A stretch of DNA of 64,000 nt from Prolixibacteraceae bacterium (GTDB taxonomy: Bacteria > Bacteroidota > Bacteroidia > Bacteroidales > Prolixibacteraceae): assembly GCA_021740385.1 (NCBI GenBank), contig JAIOZY010000020.1, positions 4,493-68,492 of the forward strand. The letters are read 5' to 3'. The notes under the pieces were generated by a model. That model was not told the origin of the DNA. It was given only the letters and a program-made list of their open reading frames with translations, and did no database searches. Each line of letters opens with the position of its first letter. The stretch's first letter is position 1. Position numbers and translations under genes: made by a program. Shown here piece by piece: positions 37,074 through 45,509 of the stretch.

Positions 37074-37101
37074 AAAAGCCATCCTTAAAAAGATGGCTTT
37101 T
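37074..37101 (-). terminator. Rho-independent terminator after the SusE/F-like gene
   Basis: On the - strand: AAAAGCCATCtttttaagGATGGCTTTT followed by CTTTTTAT, 27 nt after the stop at 37128. Confidence 0.7.
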
Positions 37102-37127
37102 GCATTTCTGAAAAATGAATATTTGTT

Positions 37128-38237
37128 TTAAGCTCCCGGTTCGGTTATTTCCAGTGAATTGTTTCGTAAGTCTAAACGGACGTGATACGTTCCCGAGGGC
37201 TTCAAAAACTGCCAGTTCGGATCGTCGTGTCCTTCCATTTCATCAATATATTCCGTGTTATAGTTTACAATCACATCCCATCCGTAGCTGTCGGGGCCCC
37301 AGTCTTTTTGCGGGAACAGCCTGAATGCTTCGTTCTGTACAAATTCCACGTCGCCTTCCCATATTTTGTAACCGACCCAGAAAATTTCGGTAACCGGTTC
37401 GTCCCAGTCCCATCCATGGGTGGCCGTTCCGGTAAGGTACATAACGGGCTTGTTAACCGAGTTCATTGTGATAGTTCCGGCCGATTGATCAACAAAAAGT
37501 TCGTACCATCCGTTTTCGCCGATGAAATTAAAGTTTGGGTCGTCGTCGCCGGTTGCCGGTTCGAGCAGGTCGGACGGGTAGCTTGTGAAAATATCGTAAC
37601 CCCCCATTGAGGCACCCAAGTCAGGGGCTGTAAAGAACCTGAAGTTGGTACCTTCCGTGGTGTTGAATTCAACTATTGTAGTATACTGGTAAGCATCGCC
37701 GGTTGATACAACCTCAACAGCCTTGTTGGGATCCCAGCCGCCTGTACATGCGCCAATCATATATATTGACGGGAATGTTGATGAGAACAGTGTAATGTTC
37801 AGGTTTACTGACCCTGAGCTGAGTGTCTCAACATCATCGCTTACCGAAGCCAGGACCCTTAATTCAATGTTGGTTGGCTCGAGTACTTCAAGCCCGAAGG
37901 CGAGCAGTTTTTCATTGAGCGACTCTTGTGTTATGGTTGTCGTTGTATCGTTGGTTGTTGCCAGAATTAACGGGCTGGCAAAACTGTTGCCTGCCAGGTC
38001 GAGTTCCAGGGTATAAGTTGTCGCACTGGGGAATCCAAAATCGGCTTTTGTCCATGCAAATTGCACGGTGTTTTCATCGGCCCCCAGTTTCTCCAGTACA
38101 ATGGTTGTTCCCGCTGACGGGCTTGAAATTGATGGTGCATCGCCTGGTTTTACCACGGGTTCCCATTCGGCTTTTTCGCAGGCAATAAGCAACGAAAATG
38201 CCAGGAGAATATTGAATATGTTTCTTATATTTTTCAT
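37128..38237 (-). CDS. SusE/SusF-like starch-binding outer-membrane lipoprotein
   Basis: Lipobox LLIAC. Repeated G(A/T)xTxGWDxxx...FR(F/L)F modules typical of SusE/F carbohydrate-binding domains. Lies downstream of a SusC/D pair. Confidence 0.7.
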   Translation of the reverse strand: MKNIRNIFNILLAFSLLIACEKAEWEPVVKPGDAPSISSPSAGTTIVLEKLGADENTVQFAWTKADFGFPSATTYTLELDLAGNSFASPLILATTNDTTTTITQESLNEKLLAFGLEVLEPTNIELRVLASVSDDVETLSSGSVNLNITLFSSTFPSIYMIGACTGGWDPNKAVEVVSTGDAYQYTTIVEFNTTEGTNFRFFTAPDLGASMGGYDIFTSYPSDLLEPATGDDDPNFNFIGENGWYELFVDQSAGTITMNSVNKPVMYLTGTATHGWDWDEPVTEIFWVGYKIWEGDVEFVQNEAFRLFPQKDWGPDSYGWDVIVNYNTEYIDEMEGHDDPNWQFLKPSGTYHVRLDLRNNSLEITEPGA

Positions 38238-38256
38238 CTTGTTTTATTTTTTGCGG

Positions 38257-40461
38257 TTAATAACCGGGTGTTGGCGATAAATTTGGATTAGCAATGATAT
38301 CCGATGCCGGTAAAGGATACAGGTTGAATTTTTCGTCAATCGATTTTCCTTCCATTACGCCGCCTTTCCAAGGCCATAAATAAGCATCGCCGGTAAGCTT
38401 CCCGAAACGGATAAGGTCGGTACGCCGGTGGCACTCCCAGTAAAGCTCACGTGCGCGCTCGTCAAGGATGAAATCGAGCGTTAGTTCGTCTGCGGTAATG
38501 TTTCCCGATTCGCTGGTATATGCCCTTGTCCTGATTTTATTCACATATTCAAGGGCCAGGTTTAAATCGCCGCCTCCCTGTAAAGCTGCTTCGGCATATA
38601 TTAAATACGCTTCGGCAATTCGGAACATCGGAAAATCGGTATCGACAAAAACAGGATCCGAACCAGATGTACCATCGGAAGTTACATTTTTCCATTTGGT
38701 AACGGCGTACCCGTTGCTGAAATCGGTCACGATTTCGATGTCGAGGGTTTGCCCGTCGGTGTGGAAAAGTGCCCGTTCGTCGGAGCTGAATTTTTCGATG
38801 CTGTAAGTATAATCGGCACCGGTAAGTACGAGGGTAACGCGGTATTTTCCGGGCTCGGTAATTGCTATGTCTGAACCGTCGGGCTCAAGTATGCCGTCGG
38901 CATCATTATCGCCGAGGTTAATTGGCCAGTCGTTATTTGCACGGAATTTGAGCGGGCCTGCAACTAACCGGGCTTCAATGGTCCATGTGCCATCTGCATT
39001 CAAATCCATATCCATATCTGAATCCCATCCGTTGGGTGTTGCATCGCCAATGATGCCCCATTCGGTTTTTGTTACGGAGTAGGTCATTGAGTCGAGATTG
39101 GCGTTGATTTTATAGAAGCCTGCTTCTTCAACGGTAATGTCGCTGCCGCCCGGGTCAAGGGTGCCATCGGGTTCATTGTCGCCGTAGTTCTCTGACCAAT
39201 CGCCGTACATGTCGAATTTAAAGGCCGTTTCGTCTTCGGTGAAGTACAGGTAACCTTCGTATTTGTTATCGCTGTTTCGTGAATAAATTACGGTGCTGTC
39301 GTTAAGTGCATCCCAGCCCTGGTAAGAGCCCGGGCAGCGCAGGAACGGGTAGTCGTTCGCGCTTTTCAAATTGAGTGAAACACTTTTCTCAGGTGCGTAC
39401 TGTGGAAATTTTTCAACAAAAGCACGGGTTGCCCTGTGTCCGGCCCAGCTTTCCTGAACGCCAAAGTCGGCCGGATCCATGGTGCCTCCAATGGCGCCAT
39501 CGATAATAAATGTTGTACCACCGTAAGTTTTTGAGTGAATGCCGTTGAAGGGTACGCCAAAAATGATTCCCTTTGCTGTGTGGTTATCAGCTAAAAACAG
39601 GTTTTGATATGCCGGGTCGAGCGAATAGCCTGCATCAATCACTTTTTTGGCATAATTTGCTGCTTCGGTGTATTTTGCCGATTCGATATATACTTCAGCA
39701 TTCAGGTATAACTTTGCCAGGAGCATCCATGCTGCAGCTCTGTCGGCACGGCCGTATTCGTTGGTTTGAGGCTCGGCCATCATGCTTTCAATTTCGAGCA
39801 GTTCTTTTTCAATAAAATCGAATAGCCCGGCAGGTTCAATGGGTTCGGGCAGGAAAGAGCCTACTCCGTCTTCCTCTGTAATAAAGGGCACTATTCCAAA
39901 CATGTCCAAAGCATGCCAGTAACTCATGGCACGTAAAAAACGGGCTTCCGTCTGGTATAACTTAATGGTCTCTTTTTCGCTATCGGAAACGCCCCGTTCA
40001 TTTAATTTCTCTTCGGCAGTTTCGCGTATCAATTCGTTGGTTAACGCAATTTGATAAAATACCCGGTAATAAAAGGCTTTAACAAAGTCGTTGTTCGAAG
40101 TCCAGTTATGGTCGTGAAGGTCCAAAAGGCCATCGTCGCCCGACCATGCTGTTATGGCCTCATCGGTTGGCAATTCCTGTAAATTCCAATATCCCCTCAG
40201 GTAAGATGAAAACCCTTCGTCGATACCGCCAATATCGCCCTGGCCTGCAGGTCCTTCCTGGCCGGTTGTTACCAGCCCGGCATAGCATTTTGCCAAAACC
40301 TGGCGATAGGCTTCCGGTTCGTTGTAAACAGTTGCGCTTGTTGTTACTTCATCGTCGAGGGGTATGGTGTTTAAGTCGTCTAAGCACGAGGTAAGTGCAA
40401 ACAATAGTGCTATTACAAAAACACCCGCAATATTTATTTTATTCGTATTCATATTTCTCAT
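38257..40461 (-). CDS. SusD/RagB-family lipoprotein carrying an internal ~200 aa insertion of two starch-binding-like beta-sandwich modules
   Basis: Lipobox LFALTSC, with canonical SusD N- and C-terminal halves (..ERARELYWECHRRTDLIRFG..). The insert (~38770-39370) contains WGIIGDATPNGWD...LKFRANNDWPINLG and a related upstream module. ATG at 40461, 11 nt after the susC stop. Confidence 0.85.
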   Translation of the reverse strand: MRNMNTNKINIAGVFVIALLFALTSCLDDLNTIPLDDEVTTSATVYNEPEAYRQVLAKCYAGLVTTGQEGPAGQGDIGGIDEGFSSYLRGYWNLQELPTDEAITAWSGDDGLLDLHDHNWTSNNDFVKAFYYRVFYQIALTNELIRETAEEKLNERGVSDSEKETIKLYQTEARFLRAMSYWHALDMFGIVPFITEEDGVGSFLPEPIEPAGLFDFIEKELLEIESMMAEPQTNEYGRADRAAAWMLLAKLYLNAEVYIESAKYTEAANYAKKVIDAGYSLDPAYQNLFLADNHTAKGIIFGVPFNGIHSKTYGGTTFIIDGAIGGTMDPADFGVQESWAGHRATRAFVEKFPQYAPEKSVSLNLKSANDYPFLRCPGSYQGWDALNDSTVIYSRNSDNKYEGYLYFTEDETAFKFDMYGDWSENYGDNEPDGTLDPGGSDITVEEAGFYKINANLDSMTYSVTKTEWGIIGDATPNGWDSDMDMDLNADGTWTIEARLVAGPLKFRANNDWPINLGDNDADGILEPDGSDIAITEPGKYRVTLVLTGADYTYSIEKFSSDERALFHTDGQTLDIEIVTDFSNGYAVTKWKNVTSDGTSGSDPVFVDTDFPMFRIAEAYLIYAEAALQGGGDLNLALEYVNKIRTRAYTSESGNITADELTLDFILDERARELYWECHRRTDLIRFGKLTGDAYLWPWKGGVMEGKSIDEKFNLYPLPASDIIANPNLSPTPGY

Positions 40462-40471
40462 CTTTATCGAT

Positions 40472-43423
40472 TTAAAAATCAACTGACACACCAAACATAA
40501 AAGTCCGTGGCCGTGGGTAAATGTTGTTATCAATACCGCCACTGATTTCGGGGTCGAGGCCTTCGTATTTGGTTATTACCAATGCATTTTGTACCGAGGC
40601 GGTCAGCCTTACGCTGCTTTTCCCGGCATCAATGTTGTAGCCTAAAGTAACATGGTCGATGCGCAAAAACGATGCATCCCTTATATAGTAGTCGGAAAAG
40701 AGCTGAATTGTTTTGAACCGTGTATTTAAAATATCTACCGGCAGGTTGTTCAGGTATTTGGTTGACCAGTAAATGTTGCCCAAAAAGCTGTTGCTCGATA
40801 CAACGTTGTTGTATACATAATTTCCGATATTGGCACGGGCCCCCAGGCTGGCATCAAAATTTTTGTAGCTGAATTTGGTTGAAAAGCCCAAGTAAACGTC
40901 AGCATCGGGTGTTTTGTAACGGTAACGGTCATCGTTGGTGATTTGTCCGTCTCCGTTACGGTCTACATATAGCCCTTCAATTGGTTTGCCTCCTTCGGTG
41001 TACACCTGTTCAAACACAAAGAATGCGTTTTTCGGGTAGTCTACACTGTGTATTTGTATGTTGTTTCCAACACCACCCGAAATGCCGCCTGTTTCTACCC
41101 CCAGGTATGTGGAGTCGTCGGAAAGGGTTAAACGGGTTATTTTATTTTCGTTGTAGGTGATGTTAAATCCCAGTTCCCAGAACACATCATTGGTTGAAAC
41201 GGGTATTGTGGTAACAGAGAATTCAATTCCCTTGTTGGTCATATCGCCCACATTGGTTAAAATTTCGTTGGTAAAGTTGGTTCCGGCAGCAACAGGCACA
41301 ACATTCAGCAGGTCTTTGGTATCGCGCTGGTACAAGTCGATGTTACCGGTAATGCGGTTGTTGGCAAAACCATAATCGAGGCCAATATTGTATGTGGTTG
41401 TCTCTTCCCATTTAATGTTGGCATCGTACCCGTCGGGGCGCAAAGTACGTACAAAGGAGTCGCCAAACTGGTATGCAGCATTTTCCTGGCTAAGTGTATA
41501 ACGTGCCAGATAGGGGTAATCGCCCTGCCCGATATTTTGCTGCCCGGTAACTCCCCAGCCCAAACGCAGCTTGAGGTCCGATACGGCTTTAACATCTTTC
41601 AGAAACGATTCTTGTTTAATTTTCCAGGCCAAAGCAACCGAGGGGAAAAGCCCCCAGCGTGTTTCGGGCGAAAAGCGGGAGGTTCCGTCATTCCTGAGTG
41701 TAAATGTAAGTAAATACCTGTTTTTTAAGGTGTAGTTGAGCCGCCCGAAGAATGAAATGAGGTAATATTCAGTTGGGTCGGTATTAGCCAGGTACAAGTC
41801 TTTTGTACCGGCAACGTTGGTTGCCACGGCAAAATTTTCGCGAAAGAAATGCTGCCACGAGTAACCGGCCATAACATCTAAGCGGCTGGCTATGGCATCG
41901 ATATCTTTTGCGTAGTTCAGGTAAAAGTCGAGCAGTTGGTTCGATTTTGTTTGTGAATATTCACGGTCTTCACCACCGCCGTTTAAGTTGTCGAACATCC
42001 ACGGGGCATTTTCAGGGATATCAATTGTTCCGTTACTGTTCGAATAGTCGTATCCCAGGTTGAGGTTGGCCCTCAGTTCGGGCAGCATGTGAAATTTGTA
42101 ATCGAACTGGATATTCCCCAGGCTGCGGAGCACGGTTGATAAATCGTGACGCATTTCGAGCAGTGCCAGCGGGTTTGTGGGGGCTACCGTGTTGGGGTTG
42201 CCGTTGGGCTGTGTCCAGGTAAAATACCCGCCGTAGGGGCTCTCTTCGTCATATACCGGTTTTGTGGGATCGAAAACAATGGCACTGCCAATGGCGCCCT
42301 GGTTTGCAAAACGGTTATTGATGTACATTCCTTTGATGCTGGCATTCAATTTCAGGTGCCTGTCAAAAAATTCGGGGTTGAGGTTCAAGGCTCCGGTAAA
42401 CCGTTCAAGGCTTGAGGTTTTCAATATTCCCCGCTGGTTTGAATAGCCTACCGATACACGGAAAGGAACATCAAATATTCCGCCGGAAAGGTTGATGTTG
42501 TGATCGGTTCCAATGGCTGGCTGGAAAATTTCATTTTGCCAGTTTGTGCTCGTTTCCCCAACCAGGTCATTTGCCAGTTTGGCTGTTTCAATTTCCTGGA
42601 TAATTTCCCTGAACTGGCTTGTATCAAGCACCTCGATTTGGCCGGTACGCATACCCACCGAAACTTTTCCGTTGTAATTAACTTTAAGGCCTTCGGCTGA
42701 ATTGCCCTTTTTGGTGGTGATAATTACTACGCCGTTCGAAGCACGTGATCCATAAATGGCTGTTGCCGAGGCATCTTTGAGTACGGTAAAGGTTTCAATG
42801 TCGTTTGGGTTGATGGTGTTCAGCGGGTTGCGCATCCCCGAAATTCCCTCATTATCAACCGGTACGCCGTCAATAACAACAAGCGGGTCGTTACTGGCCG
42901 AAAGCGATGAACCACCCCTGATTCGTATTGTTGAACCGGAGCCGGGTGCACCGCCACCCGATGTAATTTGAACACCGGCAATTTTACCGGTCACAAGTTC
43001 CTGGGGGGAAGTAATTGAACCCTGGTTGAAATCATCCGATTTGATGGCTGCCACTGAGCCGGTTGCATCGTCTTTTTTAACCGTTCCGTAGCCAATTACC
43101 ACCACTTCTCCCAAATCTTCAAGGGTTATTTTCATGCGTATGTTTATCTCGGCCTGATCCTGAATGAGTACCGACTGAGGTTCATACCCGATGTAAGAGA
43201 ATAAAAGGGTTTGTCCTTTTGGTACATCCAGTGAGTAACGGCCGTTGTAATCGGTAACGGTGCCAACGGTGGTACCTTCAATTACAACGGTTACCCCGGG
43301 GAGAGGTTCCCCCGTTAAATCATCGGTAACCAATCCTGTAAGTGCATTTTCCTGGGCAAACAGCAGTTGCGAAGCAAAAAATATTGCTGTCAGAAAAAAT
43401 GCACGTAGTGTAATTTTATTCAT
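40472..43423 (-). CDS. SusC/RagA-family TonB-dependent outer-membrane transporter
   Basis: Signal peptide, LTGLVTDDLTGEPLPGVTVVIEGT, DASATAIYGSRASNGVVIITTKKG, 983 aa, terminal ..FGVSVDF. Confidence 0.95.
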   Translation of the reverse strand: MNKITLRAFFLTAIFFASQLLFAQENALTGLVTDDLTGEPLPGVTVVIEGTTVGTVTDYNGRYSLDVPKGQTLLFSYIGYEPQSVLIQDQAEINIRMKITLEDLGEVVVIGYGTVKKDDATGSVAAIKSDDFNQGSITSPQELVTGKIAGVQITSGGGAPGSGSTIRIRGGSSLSASNDPLVVIDGVPVDNEGISGMRNPLNTINPNDIETFTVLKDASATAIYGSRASNGVVIITTKKGNSAEGLKVNYNGKVSVGMRTGQIEVLDTSQFREIIQEIETAKLANDLVGETSTNWQNEIFQPAIGTDHNINLSGGIFDVPFRVSVGYSNQRGILKTSSLERFTGALNLNPEFFDRHLKLNASIKGMYINNRFANQGAIGSAIVFDPTKPVYDEESPYGGYFTWTQPNGNPNTVAPTNPLALLEMRHDLSTVLRSLGNIQFDYKFHMLPELRANLNLGYDYSNSNGTIDIPENAPWMFDNLNGGGEDREYSQTKSNQLLDFYLNYAKDIDAIASRLDVMAGYSWQHFFRENFAVATNVAGTKDLYLANTDPTEYYLISFFGRLNYTLKNRYLLTFTLRNDGTSRFSPETRWGLFPSVALAWKIKQESFLKDVKAVSDLKLRLGWGVTGQQNIGQGDYPYLARYTLSQENAAYQFGDSFVRTLRPDGYDANIKWEETTTYNIGLDYGFANNRITGNIDLYQRDTKDLLNVVPVAAGTNFTNEILTNVGDMTNKGIEFSVTTIPVSTNDVFWELGFNITYNENKITRLTLSDDSTYLGVETGGISGGVGNNIQIHSVDYPKNAFFVFEQVYTEGGKPIEGLYVDRNGDGQITNDDRYRYKTPDADVYLGFSTKFSYKNFDASLGARANIGNYVYNNVVSSNSFLGNIYWSTKYLNNLPVDILNTRFKTIQLFSDYYIRDASFLRIDHVTLGYNIDAGKSSVRLTASVQNALVITKYEGLDPEISGGIDNNIYPRPRTFMFGVSVDF

Positions 43424-43653
43424 AGTAGATTTTTTTGTTTATAGCTATACATTCTTTTTTTTAAAATATGATATTTTGTTGGAGTTTATTGATAAATAAA
43501 ATAATCCAATCGTTAATCAAACACTTATAATTCATGCCTTCTTTGTAATTAAACTTTGCTGAATAAATGTTGAATCAGATGTAATATATGGTTTTTTAAA
43601 CAAATAAAGCAGATTAAATATCAGTTATTTAGGCAAAAAATCATGCAATCGAA

Positions 43654-43692
43654 ACCGCAAACGTTTGCAATAAAACAAATGCAAACATGTTT
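43654..43692. promoter_or_regulatory. Candidate LacI-family operator (perfect palindrome GCAAACGTTTGC) plus a second palindrome AAACATGTTT
   Basis: ACCGCAAACGTTTGC at 43654-43668 (12-nt perfect palindrome 43657-43668). AAACATGTTT at 43683-43692. Located in the divergent region between susC-like (43423) and lacI-like (44153). Confidence 0.55.
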
Positions 43693-43802
43693 TTTTCTGT
43701 TTAATGATTTTTTATCGAAGGAATAAATGACAAGAACATTCATTTTTCTCCGCTGTAATTTTTTTAATAATTTAACCTGAACTATTCATAAATTATAAAA
43801 AC

Positions 43803-43953
43803 ATGAATAAAGTTCATTCGCCAGCTGGCGAACCGACTTAGATAGCTTGTCCCGAACTTGATTCGGGAAAGTTTAACTTTTTAAAAAAGTTTTACTGAAT
43901 CTTAGTCGTCCCGATATCCATCGGGAGAGATAGGGATTATTCGTGAATAATCC
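43803..43953. repeat. Cluster of five consecutive short hairpins, including class A and class B palindromes
   Basis: ATGAAtaaagTTCAT (43803-43817); TTCGCCAGCTGGCGAA (43817-43832); TCCCGAActtgaTTCGGGA (43850-43868); TCCCGATatccATCGGGA (43909-43926); GGATTATTcgtgAATAATCC (43934-43953). Confidence 0.85.
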
Positions 43954-44152
43954 GGGTTAGGTTATGACACCCATTTATAATTAACCATAATAAACTTAAT
44001 CGTTAGCATTGATGTTCGGTTTTCGGATGAAACCGGGATACACATGCAAGGTTTTTTTATCAATTTTGAAAAAATGATAATCACTTCAATGAAGTTTTAC
44101 ACGATAAGCGCCCGATTTTTGTTAACTTTATTTTTCATTTTTTACAAAAAGT

Positions 44153-45166
44153 ATGAGAAGTAATCAGGTTACCATAAAGGACATTGCAAGGAGGTTAGGG
44201 ATTTCACCGTCAACTGTATCGAGGGCATTGAAAGACCACCCTGATATTAGCACCGATACAAAAAAAGCCGTAACACAACTTGCCCGTGAACTGAACTACC
44301 AGCCCAATGCAATAGCTTTAAGCCTGAAACATTCGCGGTCGTTTACCATCGGTGTGATTATTCCGGAAACGGTTCATTACTTTTTTTCCTCGGTTATTAG
44401 CGGTATTGAAGATGTGGCTTACGAGGCCGGGTACAATATTATGATATGCCAAAGCAACGAAATGTACGACCGTGAGGTTTCGAATGCACAAATGCTTTAT
44501 TCAAACCGTGTTGACGGCCTGCTTGTGTCGTTGGCCAAACAAACCGAAAACTTCGACCATTTGAAATTTTTTCAGGATAACAATATTCCCGTGGTTTTCT
44601 TCGACAGGGGTACCAATGCCTTTTCGAGCGACCAGGTTTTAATTAATGATTACAAAGCTGCTTATAAGGCTACAAAATACTTAATTGACCGGGGGCATAA
44701 AAAACTGGTTCACCTGGCTGCCCCGCAAAACCTGCTAATTGGGAAAAAACGCTACCAGGGTTTCATTGATGCTTTAAAGGAAAACAAAATTAAACCCCTT
44801 TATACAAACATGTACCTTGCCGATCAGTTTGATATGGCTCAAAATGTTGTAGGCAGGTTGGTACAAGACGGAAATATACCCGAAGGCATTTTTGCCGTAA
44901 ACGACCTTACGGCCCTGGGCGCCATGAAAGCCCTTAAAAACGCCAATATTTCCATTCCCCAACAAACAGGGATTGTTGGTTTTGGCAACGGACAGAATGC
45001 CACGTTAACAGACCCCCCGCTAACAACCATCGACCAAAATGGTTATATAATGGGCACAACGGCTGCAAAAACATTATTAAAAAGAATTAGCGGAGGAATG
45101 GAAAATTTTGAGCCGGAAAAACACATTATCGACACCGAACTTATCGTCAGGGCATCAACCCTTTAA
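44153..45166 (+). CDS. LacI-family transcriptional regulator
   Basis: N-terminal HTH VTIKDIARRLGISPSTVSRALKD, followed by a periplasmic-binding-protein-like sugar-binding fold. 337 aa. Confidence 0.9.
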   Translation: MRSNQVTIKDIARRLGISPSTVSRALKDHPDISTDTKKAVTQLARELNYQPNAIALSLKHSRSFTIGVIIPETVHYFFSSVISGIEDVAYEAGYNIMICQSNEMYDREVSNAQMLYSNRVDGLLVSLAKQTENFDHLKFFQDNNIPVVFFDRGTNAFSSDQVLINDYKAAYKATKYLIDRGHKKLVHLAAPQNLLIGKKRYQGFIDALKENKIKPLYTNMYLADQFDMAQNVVGRLVQDGNIPEGIFAVNDLTALGAMKALKNANISIPQQTGIVGFGNGQNATLTDPPLTTIDQNGYIMGTTAAKTLLKRISGGMENFEPEKHIIDTELIVRASTL

Positions 45167-45284
45167 AAGTTTTACCGTTTTTTCCGAATAAACCGGATAA
45201 TATAGTCACCCATTCTATTTATTTAATGCACTAACTACGTACATTTAAAGAACCGGGATAAATATTTTCATTTTTTTCACATTA

Positions 45285-45299
45285 ACCGCAAACGTTTGA
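45285..45299. promoter_or_regulatory. Third copy of the candidate LacI operator, upstream of the MFS/pgmB/GH65 operon
   Basis: ACCGCAAACGTTTGA shares ACCGCAAACG.TTG with the sites at 43654 and 37015. It lies 211 nt before the ATG at 45510. Confidence 0.5.
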
Positions 45300-45330
45300 A
45301 ACGGGGCTTTTCTTGTAAAAGCCCCGTTTC
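45298..45330. other. Perfect 14-bp stem-loop overlapping the operator edge
   Basis: GAAACGGGGCTTTT cttgt AAAAGCCCCGTTTC. No T-run follows on either strand. Confidence 0.7.
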
Positions 45331-45509
45331 AGCGGGCTTCAGAAAATGGTAAAAAGTTGCAAATTATTTTTTCAATGTGTAGCTTTGGTTTGTAATTAAG
45401 CTTCTTTTTAAAGGATTTTTTTTCCTTTCTGAATACTGTTGAATCGATAACAGAACGTTGCCGGTTTTTTCGTGCATGGCAACATTTGTATCACTTAATA
45501 ATTGTAAAA

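Noticed and set aside
45380-45387. Bacteroidota-type -7 promoter boxes (TAnnTTTG): TAGCTTTG at 45380, TAGTTTTG at 25981, TAACTTTG at about 21393.
   Set aside because: An 8-mer with two free positions in AT-rich spacers is expected by chance. Spacing to a -33 element and to the operators is ambiguous without transcription start data, so these are not listed as features.
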